A DNA stretch of 64,000 nucleotides from Paraconexibacteraceae bacterium (GTDB lineage: Bacteria > Actinomycetota > Thermoleophilia > Solirubrobacterales > Solirubrobacteraceae): the NCBI GenBank assembly GCA_963727365.1, contig CAVSFU010000009.1:253853-317852 (forward strand), given 5' to 3'. The notes under the pieces are model-generated. The model made no database searches. It was not told where the DNA came from and saw only the letters and a program-made list of their open reading frames with translations. A program made the position numbers and the translations under genes. This document shows, piece by piece, positions 34,560-43,358 of this stretch; positions within the stretch are counted from its first letter, which is position 1, and every line of letters starts with the position of its first letter.

Positions 34560-37500
34560 CTGACGGCGGCCGCGGCCGCGGCCGCGGGCTCGGCGGGCGC
34601 CGGCTCAACCACAGGCGCCGGGAGCGGCGGAAGGATCCGCTCGAGCTCGGCCCGCAGGCTCGGCAGCTTGCGCAGATCGACGCGGTAGCCCTCGCCGAAG
34701 CGCAGCACGCGCTGGCCCATCGACGTCTCCAGCTCGAGCACGAACTCGCTCTCGCCGCGGTGGTTGCTGAGCGTGTGCTTCAGCTCGTCGATCGCGCTGG
34801 CCGGCAGCGCGCGGGCGTCAACCCGCCAGGTCAGCACGGGTGGGCCCGTCGGCAGCGCCGCGATCTCCTCGCGCGCCGCCTCGACCTCCGCGTCGCTGGG
34901 CGCAAAAGGGGTGATCTCTTGCGCTTTGAAGATCGTTCCCTTGTCGTCCTTTGCCAGCTGGCCGCGGATCGTGACGACGTCGTCGACCTTCGGCTCCATC
35001 TCTGCGAGGACGTTCTCGAAGACCATGATCTCGATCTGCCCCTCGAGGTCGTCGAGCGTCGCGAACATCAAGAGCTTGCCCGCGCGCGATTTCAGCTTGC
35101 GCGCGGTCGAGATGATGCCGCCGACGGTGAGCCACTCGCCGTCCTTGCGGTCGGGCAGCTCGGCGAGCGTCACGTCGCACGCGACGCGCAGCGCCGGCAG
35201 CACGGCCTTCAGCGGATGCGTCGACAGGAAGAGGCCGATCGCCTCCTTCTCGTGCGCGAGCAGCTCGCCCTGCTCGAATTCCTCCGACGGGATCGGCGGA
35301 TGCGACGGTGCAGCAAACGCCGCGGCCGCGCCGTTTCCACCGCTCATGTCGCCGAGGTCGAAGATCGAGCCTTGTCCGATCTCGGCGTCCAGCTGCGCCT
35401 TCTGCCCGGAGGCCTGCGCCTGCTCGAGCACCGCGAGCATCCCCATGCGCGTCGCGCCGGTGGAGTCGAACGCACCGCACTTCACGAGCGCCTCGATCGC
35501 CTTCTTGTTGACCGCGCGTGGGTCGACGCGCTCGCAGAAGTCCCAGATCGACTCGAACGGCTTCTCCTCGCGGGCGGACTTGATCGCCTCCACCGCCGCG
35601 TAGCCGACGCCCTTCACCGCGTCGAGCCCGAAGCGGATGCTGCCCTCGGCGACGACGAACTCGTGATCTGACGCGTTGACGTCGGGCGGCAGGATCGCGA
35701 TCCCGAGCTCCTCGCAACGCGCCACGAAGAACGGGACCTTGTCCTTGGTCGACATCACCGAGCTGATCAGCGCGGCCATGTACTCGGCCGGGTAGTTCGC
35801 CTTCAGCCAGGCCGTGCGGTAGGAGATCAGCGCGTAGCACGCAGCGTGGGAGTTGTGGCTGACGATGCCGTTCGCGACGTAGTTGAGCGGCCCGTCAGGG
35901 TCCATCTCGACGTCGTAGGTCATCCGCTCGCCAGCGAACTCGATCGCCACGATCGGGTCGCCGTTCTCTACGTGAGCGGTGGCGAGATGACGCTCGACCT
36001 TGAAGCGGAAGTCTTCGGGCGTCACGACGACATACGGCAACTCGCCGTACTTGTCGGCGAAGAAGGCAGGAGACCGGTCCATGCCGTCCATCTCCCAATA
36101 GACCCCATCGAGGTAGAAGTCGCAGACGCGGCCGCCGGGAAGCACCTTGTGCATCTCGAAGTCCACGCCGAGATCGATGAGCCACTCGCACATCTCGCGC
36201 TCCGGCCAGCTGGCGCACCACATTCCGTTCGATGCGATCGAGCAGTGGCCGTAGCCGGGGCCGGTGCCGTACGCGGTGGCAACTGTCGCCAGCGAGCGCT
36301 CCATCTGCGCGGTCCGCCACGCGGGGTCGTTGGCCCAGAGCCAGCGCACGCGCTCGTGCATCGCAGCGGCTCCGATCCGCCTGATATGTGGATGCAGCTC
36401 GTGCATCCGCTTCATGTGCGCGACCTTGTCCTCCTGCGGGCGCGAGGCCTGGTACTCGCGCATCCGGACCGCCGCGCGTCGGTCCTGCTCCTTGCGCTCG
36501 GGCCGGCGAGCGAGCTTGCGCATCGTTTCGCGGCGCGCCGCGCGCTGACGGTCGCTGACCATCGGCAACGTGATCAGCTCGGTCCCGACGCGCATCGCGC
36601 CGACCTCGAGATACCCCTCCGTCGTGAGCAAGCGGTGCTCCGCGGTGACCTTGATCTGTCGCCCGCTCTCACAACGCACGTGATACACGGGCTTGCGACC
36701 CGTCTTGACGATGCGGGTTACGCCGTGGGACCGAACCTCACCATCGGCCCACATCGACATGAGGCGTTTCGGCTGGAGGCGAAACGCCTCGCTCAGCCGG
36801 ACGCGCGTGCCGTCCTCGAGGACGACACGAGTGTCGCCGGTGGCGCACTTGTTGAACGAGTAGTCAGCCGATTTCTCGTTGGTCGTCCACAGCCAGTCGA
36901 TCACGTGCGGCGCGAGGCCCGACGCGCCACAGCCCGAGCGGAACTCGGGCTCGAGCTCGGCCATCGCGGCGCGGTTCTTCTTGCCGATTGCCTTGCGCAG
37001 GTCGTCTGCCTTGGCGCCCGAGAAGCCGGCGAGCTCCTTGGAGATCTGCATCGCCTGCTCCTGATACAGGATCACCCCGTAGGTGCCGCCGATGATCGGC
37101 GCCAGGCGGTCGTCGGGGATCGAGACGAGCTCTCGGTTGCGCTTGCCGCGTGCGTAGGTCGGGATCTGGTCCATCGCCCCTGGCCGGTACAGCGCGACGA
37201 GCGCGACGAGGTCGTCGAACTCCGTCGGGCGAACCTGCTTGAGGGCGTTCTGCATGCCCTCGGACTCGAACTGGAAGACGCCGACCGAGTCGCCCCTGGC
37301 GAGCATCTCGTAGGTCTTGGCGTCGTCCATCGGCAGCGTGTCCATGTTCGGGCGCTGGCCCGAGGAGCGGGCGATGATGTTGAGCGCGTCCTCGATCACG
37401 TCGAGGTTGCGCAGCCCGAGGAAGTCCATCTTCAGCAGGCCGAGATCCTCGACCGGCTTCATCGAGAATTGCGTGACCTGCTTGTAGACCTTGTTGCCGT

Positions 37501-39124
37501 TTTCGTCGGTGGAGTTGGCGTCGGCGAGCTGCAGCGGCACGACGTCGGTGAGCGGCATGCCCGCGATCACGACCGCGGCGGCGTGGATCGAGTTGTTGCG
37601 GACGATGCCCTCGAGGCCGCGCGCGACGTCGACGATCTGCTTGGCGGTCGGGTCGGAGTCGTAGGCGCCGCGCAACGGCTGGCCCTCGGCGAGGCAGTCC
37701 ACGAACGACGGCGCGCGGCCCTGCTCGGGATCCGGGATCAGCTTCGCGAGGCGATCGCCCACCCCGTAGTCGTGGCCAAGGACGCGCGCCGCGTCGCGCG
37801 TTGCCGCGCGCGGGAACATCTTGCCGAAGGTGATGATCTGGGCGACCGACTCGCGCCCGTACTTCTCGACGACGTACTGCATCACGCGCTCGCGGCCACG
37901 CACCGAGAAGTCGATGTCGATGTCCGGCATCGACACGCGCTCGGGGTTGAGGAAGCGCTCGAAGAGCAGGTCGTACTTCAGCGGGTCGACGTCGGTGATC
38001 AGCAGCGAGTAGGCGACGATGCTGCCGGCCGCCGAGCCACGGCCCGGGCCGACGGCGATGCCGTTGTCCTTGGCCCACTTGACGAAGTCCCAGACGATCA
38101 GGAAGTAGGCGTTGAAGCCCATCCGGTCGATGACCTCGAGCTCCATCTCCGCACGCTCGACCGCGTGGGCAGGCGGCGGGCTGCCGTAGCGCTTGGCCAG
38201 ACCGGTGAAGACCCGCTCGCGCAGGTACGCGCGCTCGTCCTGCCCCTCGGGCAGGAACCGCGGGATCAGCTGCTTGCCGAGCTCGATCTCCACGTCGCAG
38301 CGCTCGGCGATCTCCAGCGTGCTCTGCAGCGCCTCAGGCCACTCCGCGAACGCCTGCGCCATCTCCTCGGAGCTCTTGAGGAAGAACTCGTTGGTGTCGA
38401 AGGTCATCTTCGGCGCGGCGAGCGTGGACTTCGTCTGCACGCACAGCAGCGCCGTGTGGTGGTGGTAGTCCTCCTTGCGGAGGTAGTGCACGTCGCCGGT
38501 GCCGACGAGCTTGCCGCCGAGCTCACGCGCGATCTTCACGATCCCGGTGTTGGCGATCTCCTGGTCGCCGATGCCGTTCTTCTGGACCTCGAAGTAGACG
38601 TTGTCGCGGCCGAACGCGTTGATGAGCTCTGAGACGTGGGCGCGGGCGTCGTCCTCGCGGCCGTCGACGATGCGGCTGGCGAAGCGGCTGGCAAGGCAGC
38701 CGGTGAGCGCGATGATGCCGCTGGAGCGCTCGGCGAGCTGGGCCATGTCCAGCGCGGGCTTGCCACGGTGCAGCCCCTCGAGGAAGCCGTCGGAGGACAG
38801 CTTGACGAGGTTGCGGTAGCCCTCGTTGGTGGCCGCCAGCAGCGTGAGGTGGTTGCGCTCGATCTTGCGGCCGGACCCCGGCGCGGGATGGTCGGCGTGA
38901 TCGTCGACGTAGTAGATCTCGCAGCCGATGATCGGCTTGATGCCGGCCTTCTTGCACGCCTTGTAGTGCTCGACGGCGCCGTTCATGACGCCGTGGTCGG
39001 TGAGGCCGAGCGCCGGCTGGCCGAACTCGGCGGCGCGCGCCGCGAGCGCTTCGATCTTGCACGCACCGTCGAGCAGCGAGTACTCGGAGTGGACGTGCAG
39101 ATGGGCGCAGGACGGGGTGGTCAC
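34556..39124 (-). CDS. dnaE: DNA polymerase III alpha subunit, intein-containing precursor (1522 aa; 1190 aa after splicing).
   Basis: It has the PHP motif HLHVHSEYSLLDG and the sequences PDIDIDF, GLLKMDFLGLRNL and VFQFES. The conserved FNKSHAA motif is split as DYSFNK|C...HN|SHAACYAL. Confidence 0.95.
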   Translation of the reverse strand: MTTPSCAHLHVHSEYSLLDGACKIEALAARAAEFGQPALGLTDHGVMNGAVEHYKACKKAGIKPIIGCEIYYVDDHADHPAPGSGRKIERNHLTLLAATNEGYRNLVKLSSDGFLEGLHRGKPALDMAQLAERSSGIIALTGCLASRFASRIVDGREDDARAHVSELINAFGRDNVYFEVQKNGIGDQEIANTGIVKIARELGGKLVGTGDVHYLRKEDYHHHTALLCVQTKSTLAAPKMTFDTNEFFLKSSEEMAQAFAEWPEALQSTLEIAERCDVEIELGKQLIPRFLPEGQDERAYLRERVFTGLAKRYGSPPPAHAVERAEMELEVIDRMGFNAYFLIVWDFVKWAKDNGIAVGPGRGSAAGSIVAYSLLITDVDPLKYDLLFERFLNPERVSMPDIDIDFSVRGRERVMQYVVEKYGRESVAQIITFGKMFPRAATRDAARVLGHDYGVGDRLAKLIPDPEQGRAPSFVDCLAEGQPLRGAYDSDPTAKQIVDVARGLEGIVRNNSIHAAAVVIAGMPLTDVVPLQLADANSTDENGNKVYKQVTQFSMKPVEDLGLLKMDFLGLRNLDVIEDALNIIARSSGQRPNMDTLPMDDAKTYEMLARGDSVGVFQFESEGMQNALKQVRPTEFDDLVALVALYRPGAMDQIPTYARGKRNRELVSIPDDRLAPIIGGTYGVILYQEQAMQISKELAGFSGAKADDLRKAIGKKNRAAMAELEPEFRSGCGASGLAPHVIDWLWTTNEKSADYSFNKCATGDTRVVLEDGTRVRLSEAFRLQPKRLMSMWADGEVRSHGVTRIVKTGRKPVYHVRCESGRQIKVTAEHRLLTTEGYLEVGAMRVGTELITLPMVSDRQRAARRETMRKLARRPERKEQDRRAAVRMREYQASRPQEDKVAHMKRMHELHPHIRRIGAAAMHERVRWLWANDPAWRTAQMERSLATVATAYGTGPGYGHCSIASNGMWCASWPEREMCEWLIDLGVDFEMHKVLPGGRVCDFYLDGVYWEMDGMDRSPAFFADKYGELPYVVVTPEDFRFKVERHLATAHVENGDPIVAIEFAGERMTYDVEMDPDGPLNYVANGIVSHNSHAACYALISYRTAWLKANYPAEYMAALISSVMSTKDKVPFFVARCEELGIAILPPDVNASDHEFVVAEGSIRFGLDAVKGVGYAAVEAIKSAREEKPFESIWDFCERVDPRAVNKKAIEALVKCGAFDSTGATRMGMLAVLEQAQASGQKAQLDAEIGQGSIFDLGDMSGGNGAAAAFAAPSHPPIPSEEFEQGELLAHEKEAIGLFLSTHPLKAVLPALRVACDVTLAELPDRKDGEWLTVGGIISTARKLKSRAGKLLMFATLDDLEGQIEIMVFENVLAEMEPKVDDVVTIRGQLAKDDKGTIFKAQEITPFAPSDAEVEAAREEIAALPTGPPVLTWRVDARALPASAIDELKHTLSNHRGESEFVLELETSMGQRVLRFGEGYRVDLRKLPSLRAELERILPPLPAPVVEPAPAEPAAAAAAAVS
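35852..36847 (-). mobile_element. Intein (332 aa, DnaE residues 760-1091) with a non-LAGLIDADG, PD-(D/E)XK-like insert domain.
   Basis: Block A is CATGDTRVVLEDG, block B is VTAEHRLLT, and blocks F/G are MTYDVEMDPDGPLNYVANGIVSHN followed by +1 Ser. The central region reads SWPEREMCEWLIDLGVDFEMHKVLPGGRVCDFYLDGVYWEMDG. The length is an exact multiple of 3. Confidence 0.9.
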
Positions 39125-39191
39125 CGGTCTCTCCCAGAATAGGTTGCGGCCCGGATGGCGCCCCAGGCATTCCCCGCTCTCTCCGCGCTTT

Positions 39192-39908
39192 TCACGAGCG
39201 CGGCTTGAGCAACCGGCGCAGCAGCGAGCGGCGCGGCTGGGGCGTGGCGACGGCCGGCGCGATGTCGGCGGCCGGCGGCTCGTCGTCGGTCAGCGGCGGG
39301 CGCTCGGCGCGCAGGCGCTCGGCGGCGCGGCCGAGGTCGTCCACGAGCGCCGGCGTGGCGACCGTGCGCGTCGCCACGGTTGCGGCGGCGCGGCCGGGTG
39401 TGGCGGCCAGGCGCAGCGCGTCGAGCGTGCGGCCCACGCCCGCGACGGCGTCGGCGAGCTGGCCTCTCAGCGTCTCCTCGATCTGCAGGCGGCGGTCGAG
39501 CTCGTGTTGCAGCAGGACGATCTCGGCAGCGGTCTCGGAGCGCTCGTCGCGGTAGTGGCGGTGCAGCTCGGCGAGCTCCTCCTCGAGGGCGGCGGCGCGC
39601 TCCTCGGCGGCGGCCAGGTCGCGGAGTGCGGCGGCGACCTCGTCCTCAGCGTCGATGCGGCCCTGCTCCTCGGCGAACGCCTGCTGGCGTGCGACGGTGA
39701 GCTGGCGCTCAGCCTCGGTCAGGCGATCGGCGAGCGTGTCGCGCTCGCGGGCGGCATCGTCGAGCTGGGACTCGGCGTCTGACAGGCGCCGCTCGAGCGA
39801 GACGACGGCGCGCTCGGCGTCGGCGGCGCGCGCCTTGAGCGCGTCCTCCCCACGCTCAGCTCTGGCTGCGCGGCGCTCTGCGAGAACGGCTGGATCGACG
39901 ACCGACAT
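39192..39908 (-). CDS. Coiled-coil protein of unknown function (Ala/Glu/Arg-rich).
   Basis: It reads MSVVDPAVLAERRAARAERGEDALKARAADAERAVVSLERRLSDAESQLDDAARERDTLADRLTEAERQL..., with a heptad-like pattern. The call is weak because high-GC shadow ORFs look similar. Confidence 0.45.
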   Translation of the reverse strand: MSVVDPAVLAERRAARAERGEDALKARAADAERAVVSLERRLSDAESQLDDAARERDTLADRLTEAERQLTVARQQAFAEEQGRIDAEDEVAAALRDLAAAEERAAALEEELAELHRHYRDERSETAAEIVLLQHELDRRLQIEETLRGQLADAVAGVGRTLDALRLAATPGRAAATVATRTVATPALVDDLGRAAERLRAERPPLTDDEPPAADIAPAVATPQPRRSLLRRLLKPRS

Positions 39909-40035
39909 CGTCGCCGACGGTACGCGTCGGGGCGGACGGAGCGGGCGTCTTAGCGCACGCGCCAGGGAGGCCCGCGTGGACGACGCGGGACCGGCCGGCC
40001 GAGCGACGCAGTACGCGACTAGGCTTCGCCGCCGA

Positions 40036-41312
40036 ATGAGCACCGAGCAGCGCACCGAGAACACCCGCACCGCCAGCTACCTCGCCGAGAAGGGCGAGGT
40101 GTCCAAAGTCCTCTTGCTCTACTCAGGAGGCCTGGACACGAGCGTGATGCTCAAATGGATCCAGGACGAGTACGAGGCCGAGGTCGTCGCGTGCACGGTC
40201 AACCTCGGCCAGCCGGGTGAGGACTACGACGTCGTCAAGGGCAAAGCCATGCAGCTCGGCGCGGTCGCCGCCGAGGTCATCGACGCGCGCGACGAGTTCG
40301 CCAACGACTTCCTCGTCCCGGCGATCAAGGCCAACGCGATCTACGGCCTTGCCTACCCGCTCTTCACCGCCCTCGGCCGTCCGCTGATCGCGAAGATCGC
40401 CGTCGAGCAGGCCCGCAAGCACGGCTGCGACACGATCGCCCACGGCTGCACCGGCAAGGGCAATGACCAGGTCCGCATCGAGGCGACGGTCGCGACGCTC
40501 GCGCCCGAGCTGAAGGTGATCGCGCCGGTGCGCGGCTGGCAGATGGGCCGCGAGGAGGAGATCGCCTACGCGCGCGAGCACGGCATCCCCGTCAAGGGCG
40601 GCGTCGAGCAGACGCCGTACTCGATCGACGACAACCTCTGGGGGCGCCGTCAGAGGGCAAGTGGATCGAGCAGCTCGACCGCGCGCCCGAGGACGACGTC
40701 TTCGAGCTCGTCACCCGCCCCGAGGAGCGCCCGACGAGCCCGAGACCGTGACGGTCGGGTTTCGAACGGGGCGTCCCGGTCGCGTTCAACGGCGAACGGC
40801 TGGGCCTCGTCGAGCTGATCACCAGCGCGCAGGACGTTGGCATCAAGCACGGCGTCGGGATCGTCGACCACATCGAGGACCGCATCGTCGGCCTCAAGGT
40901 CCGCGACATCTACGAGGTCCCGGCGGCGACGATCATTCTCAGCGCGCACGCCGAGCTCGAGCGCCTCGTCGGCACGATCCACCAGAACCAGTTCAAGGGC
41001 GAGCTCGACCGCAAGTGGGGTTACCTCGTCTACGCCGGTCTGTGGTGGGAGCCCCTGCGCGCCGATCTCGACGCCTACATGGACTCCGTCAACCAGCAGG
41101 TGACGGGCACGATCGGCTTGAAGCTCTACAAGGGATCCTGCCGCGTGGTCACGCGCGAGTCGCCCAACGCCGTCTATGACGCACAGCTCGCCACGTTCGA
41201 GACCTCAGGCGGCTTGTTCGCCCAGCAGGCCTCGCCGGGTTTCATCGAGCTGTGGTCGCTGCAGTCGCGCTTGGCACACCAGATGCGCCAGCGCAACGCC
41301 GGCAACGAATAG
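40036..41312 (+). pseudogene. argG: Argininosuccinate synthase with three frame shifts (about 40648, 40732 and 40760).
   Basis: The first segment reads VLLLYSGGLDTSVMLKW...AHGCTGKGNDQVR...YSIDDNLWGR. It is followed by SEGKWIEQLDRAPEDDVFELVTRPEERP, then DEPETVTVG, then FERGVPVAFNGERL...GIVDHIEDRIVGLKVRDIYE...LYKGSC. These segments read in frames 1, 0, 2 and 0. Confidence 0.9.
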
Positions 41313-41337
41313 CCCCGCGGGCATCGCCACGACGCGC

Positions 41338-42783
41338 TCACGAAACGTTCCAAAGGACGCTGGTCTGGTCCCCCAGCCGCGCGCGCAGCTGCGCCCCGCG
41401 GGCGACGCGCATCGGGCGCAGGAAGACGCGGTTGCCGTCGGGGCGCACCGTCGTCAGGCGCTCCCAGCGCCCCCGCTTGCGCACCTCGATCGTCACGACC
41501 CCTGCACCCGGCGCCTTGCCCCACAGCCGCGCGACGCCGTCGGCGAAATACGCGGCGAACGGGAACCGGTAGGCCTGCAGCGCCGGCTTCGGCTTGTCCT
41601 GCGCCGGAGTCGCACCGCGCATGAACACGCCCGACTGGAACGTCGCCGCAAACGACGGGTCGGGCGTGTCGTCGCGAAGCCGCCACCAGAGGACCGTGTC
41701 GACGCCCGATCTCCAGAGCACGTACATCGCGCCGGCCAGGTAGTGGGCGTGGACGCCGAGTGTCAACCCGTCCGGGTCGGGACGGCTGTCCCACGCCACC
41801 TCGGTGACCCACAGCGGCTTGGCTCGGTTCGGACGGACCGTGCCCAGCCGCCGCGCACGCGCGAGCGGCGTGGTGATCTTCGCGAGGTCGGGCATGCTGA
41901 TGTCGTCGGCGTTAAGTGCCTTGCGCCGCGGCGACCCCGGCGTGTACGGATGATGGGCAGCGACGTCGAAGCGGACGACCCGCGAGCATGCGCGCCGGCC
42001 GCTGCGGGTCACGCACAGCAGGTCACGCCAGAAGCGTGCCGGCTGCATGCGCGAGTCGCCGGCCTTCAGGTCGCCGAACGGCGAAGTCCCCGCCGTCACG
42101 ATCGTGTTCGACGGCGCGACTGCCTTCATCCCCGCGTAGAACGCGTTGAGCAGGTCGCGGTAAAGACCCGGGCTGCGCGACCGGTAGCCGCCCTGCGTGC
42201 GTTGCCACTGGGGCGCCAGAAAACCCGTCAGGTTGGGCTCGTTCCACACTTGCCATGCCTTGACGCGCGGCAACGCGATTCCGGCGTTGCGCGGGTCGGG
42301 GTAGCTGCCCGAGTAGCGCCGGGCGACTGCGGTCGCGAAGGCGCGTAGCGCAGTGGCCGACGGGCGCCAGCTGCCGATCGGGATCCTGTCGCTGCTGTGT
42401 GCCGGACGCCCCGGTCCCTCGGCCCAGCGGGGCGCGAAGACCACCACAGGCAGCGCGCGCATGCCGGCGCGAGCGATCGCCCGGATCACCTCGTCGGCGT
42501 GGTCCCAGCGGTAGCCGCTCCACCCGGGATCCGCTGCCACCGCGGGTGACGGCGGGCGCTTCGGAGCGACGTCGCTCCACCGCAACTCGACCCGCAGCAC
42601 GGACGCGCCTGCGCTCTTGGCGTGCTCGAGGTTGGTCGCGACGTCCGCCGCCGGCAGGTCGGTGAACGCCTCGTCGTCGGCGAAGCCGAGCGTGAGGCCG
42701 CGCTCGGCGAGCGCCACCGGCGCCGTCGCCAGCAGGAACGTCACGACCAGCGGCGCGACGACCGCAGCGCGCAACCCTCTCAC
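41338..42783 (-). CDS. Secreted clan GH-A (GH5/GH39-like) glycoside hydrolase-like protein.
   Basis: It has the signal peptide MRGLRAAVVAPLVVTFLLATAPVALA. The sequences WQVWNEPN (acid/base NEP motif) and LWVTEVAW (nucleophile-like TE) are also present. Confidence 0.7.
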   Translation of the reverse strand: MRGLRAAVVAPLVVTFLLATAPVALAERGLTLGFADDEAFTDLPAADVATNLEHAKSAGASVLRVELRWSDVAPKRPPSPAVAADPGWSGYRWDHADEVIRAIARAGMRALPVVVFAPRWAEGPGRPAHSSDRIPIGSWRPSATALRAFATAVARRYSGSYPDPRNAGIALPRVKAWQVWNEPNLTGFLAPQWQRTQGGYRSRSPGLYRDLLNAFYAGMKAVAPSNTIVTAGTSPFGDLKAGDSRMQPARFWRDLLCVTRSGRRACSRVVRFDVAAHHPYTPGSPRRKALNADDISMPDLAKITTPLARARRLGTVRPNRAKPLWVTEVAWDSRPDPDGLTLGVHAHYLAGAMYVLWRSGVDTVLWWRLRDDTPDPSFAATFQSGVFMRGATPAQDKPKPALQAYRFPFAAYFADGVARLWGKAPGAGVVTIEVRKRGRWERLTTVRPDGNRVFLRPMRVARGAQLRARLGDQTSVLWNVS

Positions 42784-43316
42784 GCGCTACGCCTGCGCCG
42801 CAGCAGCGCGAACGCAGCAAACCCCGCGGCCGCGACGATCACCACGATCGGGATGATCGTGCCCGCGTCATCGCTGCCGCCACCCGCGGCTGCGGACCCG
42901 ACGCTGCCCGCCACGGAGCCGCCCGAATCCGACTCGTCGTCGCCCTTCGCGCTGGCGCCTGAGGCATCGGCGCGCGTTCCGTCCACGAGCTTCTCGACGG
43001 CCTTGCCGTCGCGTCCCTTCTCCTTCAGCCGCTTGCGCTCAGCCTCCGACAGCGACGATCCCGACTCGGTGGCCGGCGCCGACTCGGTCGTGCTGTCGTC
43101 GCCGCTCGGCTTGTCCTCGTCGTGCTTGCCGGCACCGGTGCTGCCGCCGTCGGCCGTCGGCACGGACTCCTGGTACTCGCTGACCCCGGCGTTGCCGGGT
43201 GGCGAGTTGGTCTGGGCCTGCGCGGCAGGCGCTGAGGCTGCGAGCAGTGCGGTGAGGAGGGTGAGCCGCCGAAAAAAGGTCACGTTGATGCAGTACGGGC
43301 GACGGGGCCGAGCCAT
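42780..43316 (-). CDS. Secreted Asp/Ser/Gly-rich protein with a C-terminal TM anchor.
   Basis: It has the signal peptide RRLTLLTALLAASAPAAQA and an acidic low-complexity body. The C-terminus reads IIPIVVIVAAAGFAAFALLRRRRSA. It has a 4-nt overlap with the downstream hydrolase. Confidence 0.6.
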   Translation of the reverse strand: MARPRRPYCINVTFFRRLTLLTALLAASAPAAQAQTNSPPGNAGVSEYQESVPTADGGSTGAGKHDEDKPSGDDSTTESAPATESGSSLSEAERKRLKEKGRDGKAVEKLVDGTRADASGASAKGDDESDSGGSVAGSVGSAAAGGGSDDAGTIIPIVVIVAAAGFAAFALLRRRRSA

Positions 43317-43358
43317 GACAATGTCGAGGCAAGAACGTTCGCGTGCGTATATCCGAAG

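Noticed and set aside
39192-40070. 292-aa version of the coiled-coil ORF and the long plus-strand ORF 39655..40818.
   Set aside because: The N-terminal extension (MRVFSVRCSVLIRRRSLVAYCV...) runs into the argG promoter region and the argG coding sequence on the other strand. I trimmed it to the ATG at 39908. The first 127 codons of the plus ORF are shadow sequence upstream of the true argG ATG at 40036.
40640-40765. Programmed ribosomal frameshifting as the explanation for the argG (and hppA, about 8820) frame changes.
   Set aside because: There is no X_XXY_YYZ slippery heptamer or downstream pseudoknot-like structure at the shift sites. argG would need three successive shifts, two of them 28 nt apart. 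Indel error or mutation is far more parsimonious.
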